DNA of 64,000 bases from Anthoceros angustus (GCA_010909165.1 MU008174.1:868001-932000), one strand, 5' to 3'; positions 33,560 to 45,457 are shown, counted from the first letter of the stretch. Numbers and translations: made by a program. Notes: a model not told the origin generated them from the sequence alone.

Positions 33560-36500
33560 AAGATAAGTCGATTGCAATTCATTGCAAATCGACCTATTGG
33601 AAGGAGGAGGCAAAAGTCTCCTCCGTTGATTCCCATGGCGACGAGGGGATGCTCGTTCGAGGACTGGGAGGGCATTTTAAAGGCTATGAAGCAGGACTTC
33701 GAGGCCGTAATACAGGGCCTTCAATCCCATCTGGTAGACTTGGAGGCGGCCACCAAGGTCAAGGTCTTGGAAGAGGCCAATGCCCATCTGCAAAAGAAAC
33801 TGGAGAAATCGAAAGCAGACATCGAGTCTCTAAAGGCTGATATTGTGCCCTTGCAGTTATGCAATGGAGACTTGGCCCATGTATTACGGGAGGAAGAGGC
33901 TTCCTGGTCAGCAGATATTCAAGCCCTTCAAGACTCTGCTGAGGACTTTATGCTTAAATTGGTTAAAATTTCCAATCAAGAATGCTTCAACTCCATCCGC
34001 AAGTATATCTGCAAGCAAGTTGACTAGGAGCTTCGGGCACGTCCTTCTGTAGAACCTGCCCAGTCATATGCTATAATTACTCCCCCTGCTATTGTGAATG
34101 CAACTATTCAAGAGTCGCATGACCGTGATAAGTGATCAAAGAATATCCGTATTACTGGTATTTTTGGTGACACGCCTGAGGCTGCTGTTAGGAATTTTCT
34201 GGCGCACACCATTGAAGTCAATGTCCATTTTGAACATGCTTGGAGAGTTGGTAAGGGCCACTCTCATCCTCCAACTTTCATTGTTCGCTTCCACTCCCTT
34301 GAGAACAGGTTGCAGGTGTTGCGGCAATGTACTTCTTTGAAAGGCTTGGAGGCCTCCAAGCCTAGGTTTTCCTAGGTTTTCATCAACCTAGATCTCACCC
34401 CCACCCAATGGGCTTACAAGAAGGATCAGTTGCTGGTATGCAAGTAGGCAAAATCGGAAGGACGACTGGCATATTTCGTTGATGACAAACTGATTATTAG
34501 AGACAATGTGCAAGGCCGGCCTCCTCCAAAGGAAAGCGAGGCCCGTATTGTTGCTGCCGACCTCCACCTGGCCTCTTGGATTTGCAATGGTTCTATTTTC
34601 TCTAAACCGGGTGGAATTCTTCAGCTCCGGATCCTTACGAGTCATGACATCGTCTTCTTGATCGAAACCCATGAGCACCATACCCGCTCTATGGCTTCTT
34701 TTCTAGGTTTTCAATGTCTTTCCTCTTTTCGACATCATGTCTCTAGTAACTCGGACAAGGCCTTTGGAGGTAGATCGCCTGCTATCTCGTGAGTCCCTGG
34801 CTGCCTTTATCTCTCTGGTCAGGATTGATGTGCAAAGCACCGTTCTATGGGTCAAGATTTCCACCTCCCTTCTGTCTTCAGTACGTGACCTTTATATGGG
34901 TGTTTGTTATTTTCCTCCCCGGTCCTCCAGATATGTTGCAAATGGTGTCGACCCATATGTCGACCTCTCCGAATCTTGTGTCTGAGTTTTCTTCTATTGC
35001 CGACATTCTCCTTGTTGGCAATTTCACGGCCTGGACTAGTTGCCAGCAGGCTTCTATTTATGATTCTATGGACTCTGACAAATTATTCCAACTGGACTCA
35101 TAGGATTTCGAGCTCAACAGGTTTTCTGATGACACCCATGAGGTCAATGCCTATGGCTCTGCCTTATTACAACTTGTTGAGGCTCACAATCTCCTCATCT
35201 TCAACGGTCTACCACGCTGGTCGTACAGTTGCAAAAATTCTTTCTTTTGCGGCGATGGTCATACTTCAAGTAGGTTGGATTATATTATTGAAGATGCTCA
35301 ACTTCTTTCCCACATCTCTAATCTGCGGACTAATGACGATGTCCGCATTGAATCTGACCATGTGGCTGATTGCTTTCAGCTTTGTGCCTTGCCTACCTCT
35401 GCACCTCTCTCTCCCCCACTCTCTATCACCACCCGCTTCCGCCTACCTTCTAGAAGGGGGTTTCAACCTCATTCCACTTGAAAGAAACATTCTGATGTAA
35501 ATACACCATGCATCCCTCTTCCTCGGCTATTGTTTCTTCCGCTAGGTCTATCTTTCCATTCAAATTCAACCTCTCTCCATCCCACAAAAATACTGCTCCC
35601 CTCCACCCTTGGTTTGATGCCGATTGTAAGCGCATGCGCTCCCAATTGCACCAGACCCTCCGCCAACTCCAACTTCCACCCTGGTCTCACCACTCTCCTC
35701 TCTATAAAGCTACTATAAAGCCTTACAAGACCTTCCTCTCCATGAAAAAGGCTCAGTTCTTCCAAACCGAACATAACCGTCTCAGCTCCCTCTTGTAGAT
35801 GTCTCCTGGTGGCTCAACCTTCAGGAAGAAATTTCATTCTAGGTCCCCCTTTCTCCTCAAAGCTAATCCCAAACTTCTTTCCTTTATTTGTTGATGGACT
35901 TTACCATATCCCCTCTCCTATCCCCGCTCCTAAGTCCTCTGATCCTCGTCTAAGGTTTTTTTCGCCAGATCTCGTAGATAGAGCCATAAAGAAGCTTCGG
36001 AGCAGGACTGCTATGGATCCTGCTAGCATCCCTGGAGACCTCTTTCGTTGTGCTGACCTTGTCTCACTCTCGTCTCACCTTGCTTCCTTTTTCAATGATG
36101 CTCTCCCCATGGATTTCCGGATAGCTGGTGTGAGAATGATATTCATCCAATTTTGAAGACTAATGACCCTTATCTCCCTTCTAACTATCGGTTTATTATT
36201 GTGGAGTCCATTTATGCCAAGATTTATAGCTTTTGTTTGGAGATTCTCACTACTTCTCGGGCTGAGGAGGATAAGGTGCGTGCTCGGGGTCAAGCTGATT
36301 TTTGCCCTCATCGGAATACTATGAACAACATCTTTACTCTCAGGGCTATTGTTGACGAGGCGCGATCTCTAAAGAAACATGTCTATTGTTGTTTTGTGGA
36401 TTTCAAGAGAGCCTTCAACTCTGTGCCTTAGGACAAGCTCTTTGATCGGTTGAAGTCTTTGAGGATGCCTCCACACATCCAGCATGCTGCTACTCTCTTG

Positions 36501-37995
36501 TATTCTTGTGTCTTTGCTCGTATTCAGACTCCCTCTGGCTTGGCTGCTCACCAGATTCCCATCCAGCTTGGCGTGAGAGAGGGTGACCCATTATCTCCTA
36601 ATCTGTGTGGTTTCTATATTGATAAACTTGAGGAGCGGCTTCTTGCAACAGGTGGCTGTGGAGCCTATTTGTTCCTTAACAGTATTCCGATCCTATTTTA
36701 TGCTGATGATATTGTCCTTTTCTCCTACACCGCTAAAGGTTTGCAATGGCAACTTGATGTGCTCTCTGACTTTTGCATTGCCAAGGGTGTTTCTGTTAAT
36801 CTTCGCAAGATAAGGATCATGAAGTTCAATTCTAGGGACTACAATGGCGTGGGCAAATTCTACTATCAAGGAGAGGAGGTGGAAATGGTCCACTCTTATA
36901 CTTATCTTGGAGTCAAGATTTTTGGCCCCAAGTTTAATTTGACTGCTTCTGCTTCCTCTGGTGCTACTCACTGTATCGCCTCGGCGTGCACTCTCAGACC
37001 CTCCTCATATAGGATGCATATTCAAGATATCAACCTCAGGAAGCGCCTATTCAACTCTCTGGTCATCCCATCTACTATGTATGGCGCAGAACTCTGGGGC
37101 CCCGATCTCTTGCCTTCTTCTTGGCCTAAGGTGGAAAAAGTACATGCTTCTTTCCTTCATGCTCACATCGCCTGTAAGTGCTCTACCCCTCTTCATGTCC
37201 TTCTCTCTGAATTTGCCGCCTTTCCCTTAGAACTTGATGGTCTCTTCCGTCTCTCCTCTAACCTTTACCGCCTCCATCTTCTTAACCAACAAAACCCTCA
37301 CCTCCCTCCTTACCTTCTCCTTTCTTTTCGGTCGTCTAGATCTCTCTAAGCTGATCGCTCTATTTCTTGTTGGTATGCCAAAGCCTCCATGTGGCTGAAG
37401 CGATACTACTTTAGTCCTTCTACTCACCCTGTTTGGCCACCCTTCAATTACCCGATCACCCCCACACTCTCCTTCTAACCACCTTATCCGTAAGGCAATC
37501 AAATTTCGATACCTCCGCCTTACTTGATACCCTATTCCCTCTGCAGCTCCTCTTTCCACCAAGCTTCTTTACTATGAGGAGCACTAACGTGTGATCTCTC
37601 TGTCTAGCTTCCCGAAACTGCCACGTTACCTTAGTTCCCCCATATCTTTCAAGCTTCGCTCTTTAACTAGTCAATTTCATGTCAGCTCCCATCACCTCCG
37701 GGTTGAGACTGACCGCTGCCTAGCAGCGCTTTTTCTCCTTTCATATTCCCAAGCTCTCTGCTCTGTGTCTTTGTGAGATGCTTGATCACAGGCTGTCCTT
37801 GCTTGGCCCCCTGTAACTTTCTTGTCAATCCTCCGTCTTTTTATTTTCCATGTTTGTGTTTCTCTATTTCAGATGTATGTATGTGTACAAATGTATGTGT
37901 ACACCCTCCTTCATCCAATTTACAGCTGTACAAATGCTGTCTCATGGTAATTTTTCCACCCTAGTAGACATAAATAAAATTGTTCTTTATTGTTG
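33560..37995 (+). mobile_element. Near-full-length degenerate LINE (RTE/RTEX-like: ORF1 + APE-RT ORF2)
   Basis: Coiled-coil/RRM-like ORF1 remnants (AWRVGK...FIVRFHS...FINLDLTP). APE motifs SWICNG, DIVFLIETH, GNFTAW, DYII, SDHV. RT motifs FVDFKRAFNSV, GVREGDPLSP, FYADDIVL. 3' end AATAAA plus TTG-rich tail. Many stops and frameshifts; boundaries approximate. Confidence 0.9.
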
Positions 37996-38794
37996 AGTGA
38001 GGTTCGATTCCTGGCAGCATTCGATTCCCGGCAGCGCTGTCCATCAAACGCGGTACAATATCTGTAAAATATTTAGCCCAATCTTGGATATAAAACAAGT
38101 TTCCGGAGGCGCCCGGGCGTCTTTGCCAAATGCCGGCATGGTGGGCCCCACGGCTTAGTGTGCCCCCGATTCAGTTTGGAAGGTTTAATAGCCTCCGGCT
38201 TGACCCAGCAAATTTGTTTATCCTCCGCATCCGTCCGGACCAGATTCGCTGCATTAACTATGTACATAGCCTGTTAGGAATGTCGTCAGCATCCATCGGA
38301 CATCAAAGACTACATACGTATGTTATTTGGCCACGTCTCTCCTGCAAGCAAAATGCCATCTAATGAAATAGTCCATGTGTGTGGTGTAGACAGAGTGATC
38401 GATGGCCCCACCATGCCTAGCCATGCTGCATGCCCACATGCGGATGCCCCCATCCGCAGTGATGGGCATCGCATATCCATCTCCAGATGGAAGGTGCTAT
38501 GTTATAGGTTTCCAAAATTCCATTCAAAAGGGCGGAGCAGAAGCCGAGGTCGTCTCCCTTTTCCTCTCGTCCATGTCCGCCCCTGGTCAAAGTTCAGGAA
38601 TCCAAGGCATGCCAAACATACAAAAGACTCCAGCAGGCGATGCAACAACAAGAGTCCTCCAGAAGCTGCTCGAGGCATTCGGGCCGTCAGAGACAACGGT
38701 GAAGAAAAATTGGTATGTACAATTCAGGGCTTGCTCGTCTGCAATACAATGCTTACGCTTATGGACATGGCTCGTGCTGTTGCAGCCTTCATAC

Positions 38795-39037
38795 ATGGCG
38801 AAACACGCAACCATTGTGGTGCTTGTCATGCTCACGATGGTGGGCATTCAATGCGTGACACCGGCGTCCAGCGACACTGCTGGGTCCGACTCCCATGTCA
38901 CCGACCACTTTCACCGTCGACTTCTGGCCTGTGGATTCCACAGACCTTGCTACTACGGAAATTCACGACCATGTGTCTTCCCTTTCTACTGTTCCCCGCC
39001 TCCACCGCCAGGACCCGTGCCCTTGCCTCCTGAATGA
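38795..39037 (+). CDS. Secreted 4-Cys/polyproline peptide, copy 3 (intact, 80 aa)
   Basis: MAKHATIVVLVMLTMVGIQCVTPASSDTAGSDSHVTDHFHRRLLACGFHRPCYYGNSRPCVFPFYCSPPPPPGPVPLPPE: hydrophobic signal-like N-terminus, RRLL, C-x5-C-x7-C-x5-C, SP5. Confidence 0.82.
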   Translation: MAKHATIVVLVMLTMVGIQCVTPASSDTAGSDSHVTDHFHRRLLACGFHRPCYYGNSRPCVFPFYCSPPPPPGPVPLPPE

Positions 39038-39331
39038 AATAGCCTGGTGGGCACATGTGCAGCCAAAGCTGGAGCTGTATCAAGTTCGTGCCTAGGCTAG
39101 CTGGTATGCATTTTAGTCTTGCCCTTCGGAGCCATGGCTTGTAAGCCTGCAAGGTTTATGCTGAGGCATTCACAAAGGCGATGCCCTTAATGTTCAATGC
39201 GAGGTTGATTTGAACTTTGGGTGTGGCTGTCCTGGCCTGTTACCTACTTACGGGGTACGCCATAACCGGCCAGCTTCTGCCAGTGCCCAGGCAAAGGACT
39301 GCATCACCAGTTTTAGTCCTGCACTGTCGAG

Positions 39332-41785
39332 TCAAAATGGCGGATACCCTTCTGTCTTTATTCTGGGACCAAGTTGTTTCAGCATTGCGTATATGGCTTC
39401 CATGCCAGGATGCCTTTTATCCCCGACCGAAAAACTGTGCACCAGTCCTTCCATGTCTGTCCACCAGCTCTGGCCCGGCTGCTTCCATGCGATTCCTTTT
39501 CTCTTTGCCTGCATCTCCAGAACGCCCTCCCAGATCTGGGCACTAGTGTATATGTTGGACATCAACACATATGCTGCGGCATCTGCTTCATCTAGCTTCA
39601 CTACTTCATTGAAAGCATGGCGACCCACCTCCACATTGCTCCACTTTTGACAGGCACCCAGCAGAGTGCGCCAAACTGCAGCATGGGGCTGGACAGGCAT
39701 GGTTCTCACCACCGCAAGTGCCTCCACAAGTTGGCCTGCTCGACCCAGGAGGTCCACCATGCATGAGTAATGCTCGGGGGTGGCCTTGATGCCATACTGT
39801 CTGCTCATACTCTCGAAGTACTCTCGCCCCTTCTTCACAAGACCCACATGGCTGCACACTGTGAGTACACTAAGGAACGTGATGCTGTCAGGCCGTAGGC
39901 CATCTCCTCTCATTTGCTGAACCAGGTTGAAGACCGTCTGGCTGTCTCCTTGACGAGAGTATCCTGCAATCAGCGCATTCCACGAGAATATGTCTCTGTC
40001 AGGCAATTCGTCAAACACCTGCTGTGCATCACCCATGCTCCCGGACTTTGCATACATGTTTATCAAACTGGTGGCTACAAGCACATCACGTTGGAGCCCT
40101 TCTCTTTCAATCTCAACATGAAGGTGCCTTCCTAGATGCAAGGCTGCCACACTTGCACAGGCTTGCAGGAGGGAAACAAAAGTCACAGAATCAGGAGAAG
40201 TGATCCCTTCTTGCTGCATACTGCTGTACAGACGAAGAGCCTCCTGACCCTTGCCTTGCTGGGAGTATCCTGCTATCATGGCATTCCATGTCACTACAGT
40301 TTTCTGAGAAAGCTTGTCGAACATGCTCTGAGCATCCTCTAAGCTGCCACACTTAGCATACATGTTTACTAGGCTGCACCCTACAACCACATCACTTTGA
40401 AGTCCACGTTCTACAATTTGTCCGTGAATCTGTTTCCCACTCTGCAACGCCACAGTACCCACACTCGCACATGCCTGCAGGACGCACACAAAAGTCACAG
40501 AATCGGGAGTCACAATGGCTTCTTCTTGCATACTGCTGTACAGCCGAAGGGCTTCCTGACCCCTTGCCTGCTGGGAATATCCTGCTATGATGGCATTCCA
40601 AGTCACCACATCTTTTCGATGACGGGCGTCAAACACACGTTGAGCATCCTCCAGACTGCCACACTTTGCGTACATGTTTATCAAGTTATTGCCTATTGTC
40701 ACATCAGCTCGAAGGCCTAGCTCTCCAATCTGAGAATGAAGCAGCTTTCCTGTGTCCAGAGCGGTGGTACCCACACTTGCACACGCCTGCAACAGGCACA
40801 GAAATGTCACACAATCTGGTGGAGTGATGCCTTCTTCTCGCATAGCACTGTACAGATCAAGGGCTTGCTGACCCATGCCCTGCTGGGAATACCCTGCAAT
40901 CAGAGCGGTCCATGTCACCACATCTTTCTGAGAAAGTCCGTCAAACACTCTCCGAGCATTTTCCAAGCTGCCACACTTTGCATACATGTCCACTAAGCAA
41001 CTACAAACAAACAGATCAGGCTCAACCCCACTGGCCACCACATCAGCATGCACCTGCTGACCAGTGCTCAAGTCTGCTCCTCGTGCACAGGCCTGCAGTG
41101 CTGCCACGAAGACATGGCCATCAGGCTTCAAACTGGTCCTGCGCATCTGATGATAAAGTTGTATGGCCTGCTGAGCTTGTCCGTGTTTGACATGCGCAGC
41201 TATAATGCAAGACCATGTGAACGCATCTGGTTTCCAAACCATGGTGAACACATCCATCGCTTCCTGCAGCATGGCATGAGAAGCATACATTCGCAGAATA
41301 TGATTGCACAAGAACGTGTCCGACTCATACCCCTTCTTCACGCTCAGACCATGCACACGGCGACCCAGAACCAAATCCTTCCTCACCACACATTCTTTCA
41401 GGACAACATGAAAGAGAGATCGAGAAACTCGACACTGTACCCGCACCAGAACTCCCAGAGCCTCAACCGCCTCCTTCACCTGCTTCTGCTGACATAGCTC
41501 GCTCACAGTTTCAGCCGTCACGCTCCATTCGTATCCCGTAGGCCTGGCACGGTCAGGACCATCCCGCAAGCTCCAGTTGGATGCAAAATCTCTACCCCCC
41601 ATCTGCATATCCAGAGCAATCGGGCACATGGAGCGCTTCTTCTTCCTCTTCCTCGTCCTGCTGTCCCACCTCCATGCTGGGCGGGCTGGAGCTCTTTCTC
41701 CAGTTCCTGTCAACCCAACAATTTGCTGACCCTGACCCCACGACGGGTGCATGTCCTGTCGCCGACGGAGAGAATCGAGCCCCAC
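39332..41785 (-). CDS. PLS-class PPR protein with E1/E2 and WW-type PG box, DYW truncated
   Basis: 817-aa intronless ORF of P-L-S triplets ending WKQPGQSWWTDMEGLVHSFSVGDKRHP...EGYPPF*. The true start may be downstream. Confidence 0.95.
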   Translation of the reverse strand: MGLDSLRRRQDMHPSWGQGQQIVGLTGTGERAPARPAWRWDSRTRKRKKKRSMCPIALDMQMGGRDFASNWSLRDGPDRARPTGYEWSVTAETVSELCQQKQVKEAVEALGVLVRVQCRVSRSLFHVVLKECVVRKDLVLGRRVHGLSVKKGYESDTFLCNHILRMYASHAMLQEAMDVFTMVWKPDAFTWSCIIAAHVKHGQAQQAIQLYHQMRRTSLKPDGHVFVAALQACARGADLSTGQQVHADVVASGVEPDLFVCSCLVDMYAKCGSLENARRVFDGLSQKDVVTWTALIAGYSQQGMGQQALDLYSAMREEGITPPDCVTFLCLLQACASVGTTALDTGKLLHSQIGELGLRADVTIGNNLINMYAKCGSLEDAQRVFDARHRKDVVTWNAIIAGYSQQARGQEALRLYSSMQEEAIVTPDSVTFVCVLQACASVGTVALQSGKQIHGQIVERGLQSDVVVGCSLVNMYAKCGSLEDAQSMFDKLSQKTVVTWNAMIAGYSQQGKGQEALRLYSSMQQEGITSPDSVTFVSLLQACASVAALHLGRHLHVEIEREGLQRDVLVATSLINMYAKSGSMGDAQQVFDELPDRDIFSWNALIAGYSRQGDSQTVFNLVQQMRGDGLRPDSITFLSVLTVCSHVGLVKKGREYFESMSRQYGIKATPEHYSCMVDLLGRAGQLVEALAVVRTMPVQPHAAVWRTLLGACQKWSNVEVGRHAFNEVVKLDEADAAAYVLMSNIYTSAQIWEGVLEMQAKRKGIAWKQPGQSWWTDMEGLVHSFSVGDKRHPGMEAIYAMLKQLGPRIKTEGYPPF

Positions 41786-41871
41786 ACTCCAGGCAGCAGG
41801 AGCACACGATCATGTGAAATTTGTCTTCTTCTTTCAGTGACATTGCCCACAACAGGAGTTGCTGGGCTTGT

Positions 41872-42015
41872 TATATATGTTGCACCAGTTTCTTCTATAT
41901 ATGTTGCACCAGTCCTACATACCTATGTTGCACCAGCCCTACATACCTACGTTGCACCAGCCATACACACCTACGTTGCACCAGTCCGACATACCTATGC
42001 TGCACCAGTCCTACA
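41872..42015. repeat. 24-bp minisatellite x6
   Basis: Consensus TACCTATGTTGCACCAGTCCTACA, six units, located between two divergent genes. Confidence 0.92.
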
Positions 42016-42142
42016 TGTCTGTATGTGTGCCATCCAGAGATCACGATAATTTGGAAATTCGGATCGCGGTTGATCGAGAGATTGACTCATTTAGGGTCGT
42101 CTGGAGCTGCACATCGCGTCTGCTAGTCGGCCACGATTTGCC

Positions 42143-44989
42143 ATGAGGATCTCCAAAGCACAGCGGGAACGGCAGAGAAAGGCTGCTGCCCGTCGCTGCC
42201 GGGAGCTGGAACTGCAGGAGAAGCTTGAACAGACGAAAAGGAGGTGGATCTCCTCTCCATGGCCGTGCCAAGTGTGTTCAGGCGCGGAGGAGGAGCAGTT
42301 TCTTCAAGAAGAGTAAAGCCTGGACGATGTTTATATGTTGTCTAGCATTTGCACATGGATTCTGGACGAGATGAAAATTTTGTACTATGGGTGTTACAGG
42401 TTCACTCCTCTGTGGCCTCTGGATTCCAGAAGTGACTGTAAGGGTTCTATCTCGTTCGGCCTTGTGGAGTGAAAATGCTTGTTTCCTCTGATTCTGTGTT
42501 CCAGCGTTCTAATTGCTGAGAAAGTCATGCAGGCTAGGTTCTTAGAAAGTCAAACAGCAAGGGACTTGATGCAAGCCGACTGCCAGATATTTGCATGGTC
42601 TTGTAGGGTTCGAATGGTTGTCTGCCTTGATGCGTCTTTCCAGCTTTCGTTTTGGCTGAGGAAGGAAGGGAGGCAGGCCAGGGTATTGATCGCAAGGTGT
42701 CCTTGTTCTGGCAGTCCAGTTTATCAGAAACGTTGTGCGGAGGAGTTTCAATAATTTTTTGGGTGAGGACAATGGCTTGTCTCTGTGCTTGCGAGAGCTT
42801 TCAGACATGGAGGTAGCAAGGAGTACACCCTTTCTACTGAAGACGCTGAATGTCCAGGCTTTGCAAGCCATTCTTTCCTTGTTTACCACACGTCGCTTCG
42901 AGAAGCTCAATAACAGGGCCTGGCTGGAGAGCAGGATCGGACGGAGGCTTTTGGGAATTAGCCTGAATGAAGAATCTATCTCTGAAACTTTGAAGCAGGT
43001 GGTAGCCATTGTAAGAAATCCCAGGTCAGCACTCGCATATGTGCCTGTGAGTGTCCTGTCTGACTTACCATCAGCACCTGTACTTGCTGCAAAGGAGGCT
43101 ATGGCAAGGCTTGATAATCTTCCTCTGCAGACGCTCTCTGTTATGAGGGAGGTCATCACTGGGAAACCGCCTTCAGAAGTGTCTTTGCTGAAAGCCAAGT
43201 ATGTCGGCAATAAGTCGAGACATATGCTTACCGTCCAGAGAGGAGCAGCACGGCTGATCCGAGAGGCCGAGGATAGTGGGAGATTGCCAGCTTTGTTGCA
43301 AAGGACTCTACTCGTTATGAGCCTTTCTGCACGAGCTTTAATTGGTGATGATGGAGAGCTGAGAGACTATGTCGAGGTACAAAACAGGGGCAGCGAAGCT
43401 CTGCAAGACCAGTTGCTGTCTGCTTACTCTTTGATTGAGAACTTCAATCTGCAACAGTTGGAAGATGCCTATTTGGCCATGACACAGCAGGCAAGGGACG
43501 ATGCCGACTGCAGACATAAATACTATGATTTCCACTCTAAGAAAAAGCAGGAATCAGATCGAAGACATCCCAATGACTACAGGCAGTCCATAAGGAGGAT
43601 CTTGTTTGACTACATTATTAGGAGTGGAGTGCAAGGGCCGCCACAACACGTGAGAAAGGCGGTGGTGGCCATGCTTGCCAATGACAGCCAGAGACGGAGA
43701 AGCCGTAAAAGTAGACTGCTCCTTTGGTTGAAAGAGCAGTTTCAAGAAGAAGTGACAAGTGTGACAGAGTTTGCCTGTCAACTAAGAGATGTCGTTGCAG
43801 GAAGAGAACATGGATTAAGTGAGTTGTCTGATGGGACAGACACAGAGTCTCCAGATGATGTGGATTGGCACTCTGATGACAGAAGAGAGCATGAGTGCAA
43901 CACAGATCTTGATCCAAATCGAGAGATGCCCAGAACCTCTCGTGTAGAAGAACAGGAAGTGCATCCAAGCGTGGGGAGGATACCGGTAGATGGTTCTCAG
44001 GGGGATCGTTCTCCTGTCGTTCATGGGGCAATCTCTGATCCAGTAGGTCCGGAATTGTCTCAGGAACCTACAAATGTCCTCAACTCTCAGGGGCATCCCG
44101 GTGGGATTCACTCGTCCAGGCCAGTGAGCAACCCATCGAGCAACCCCTCTCGGCAGGGAAGAAATAGGTCCATGAACACAACCTCAATTACGCGACGGAG
44201 TTCTCAGGAACCTGTGTCTTTTCATGCAAGCAGTGCAGCAGTAGAATCTCGTCCACAACCAACTGAAGCGTCCAGCTCGAGTGACTCTGAAGATTCGACT
44301 CCTCTGTACATACTCAGTCAGTCTGAATGGCGTCAAACAGGTGATCAAAACAACTGCCCAGAGTCTCCAAGACCTGACCACGATGGCTCCAGCCTTCCAG
44401 AGCAGCAGAAAGGGCAAATTTCACGACCCAAACGCTTCGGGACAGTAGACAAGGTCACCACTGCTGACAGGAAGAGGCAAAGGGTTGCCGATAAAGCAGC
44501 TGTGTTGACTTACAACTTTATCGGTCAAGCCATGGAGGCAGGCAGGAGGAGGCTGGGAACATCAGTGCCCACGCATGCAACGAAGTACCTGGCTGGCATT
44601 GGGTCTCAAAATCCAGGTGAGCTATGATGGTGGAACATGCGGCCCCATCAACTCCAACCCAATGCGCAGCATGAAAGTAGTAACTGGCAAGTCTCATGCA
44701 ATTCTACTCGAGTCTCATGCAATTCTACTCGAGTCTCATGCTAATCTGATCCTGTTGCAGCAACGGAGAACGTAGGTGCCTCTCAGCAGCTCAGCGAAGA
44801 TGAGATGCTCCTCAGCCTTGTCGAGAAACTTCCTTCCATGTCCGAGAGGTTGTGGCTGACACACAACCTGCCCTTTGTAGCCAGAGCATGTCATTTATAC
44901 ATGGATCTCCAGGCTGAGACTTGCCTCATCTGTGTGCTTGTATGTACAGGGCGGTGGAGGCTGTGAGGCGCCGATTCCAAGCCCGTTAG
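42143..44989 (+). CDS. Conserved uncharacterised plant protein (recalled similarity to the Arabidopsis At5g40520 family), about 5 exons
   Basis: ATG 42143 (MRISKAQRE...KRRW), a small exon near 42400-42436, a 630-codon main exon (LDNLPLQTLSVMR, LQDQLLSAY, RQSIRRILFDYI, TYNFIG), and two short 3' exons ending RRRFQAR* with GT-AG boundaries. The family call is from memory and needs BLASTP. Confidence 0.7.
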
Positions 44990-45457
44990 ATACAGCACTA
45001 AACCACTAAGCTCGGATTCAGGAAACATCCATGAGAGACATCAGGAACTGGCATCCTCAACGTCTTGCTACAGTTTCTCCACAGCCTCCCTTTCACACGC
45101 CCACACGTCCTGGCCCCTGGCGAGTCCTGGGAAAGGAACCTTCGCTGGCCCGATCGGTTCCAGCTCGAGGTGTACAGACGAGTTGCTGGATAAGTTAATG
45201 CCACGCGCGCCTGGCAGGCACCACGTGGATACGACACTGGGGACCAGCTTTCCTTCGGTCCCAGTTCCTATCAGACGTCACAACAGTGGGAGGAGAAGCA
45301 GTCCTGTGCTCAGAGTGGAACCTGGCGTGAGTGTCAGAATCGGTCAGCGGACCGGTCGGAAGGAGGGTTTGGGCAGCGAGGCAGCTGGTGTCGGGATTGT
45401 GGGCAGTGGTTGCTACGGGGGGGCTTTGAGCAGCTGGAGAATTGTTCCGTGAGGGCC

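Noticed and set aside
38795-39037. Calling the peptides RALFs
   Set aside because: RRXL and the terminal C-x5-C are shared, but YISY is absent, the first Cys spacings differ, and there is a polyproline tail.
41723-42146. Cuticle-protein-like TYVAPVLH repeat ORF
   Set aside because: All three frames are open simply because the 24-bp unit has no stops. There is no signal peptide or good start context, so it is kept only as a repeat.
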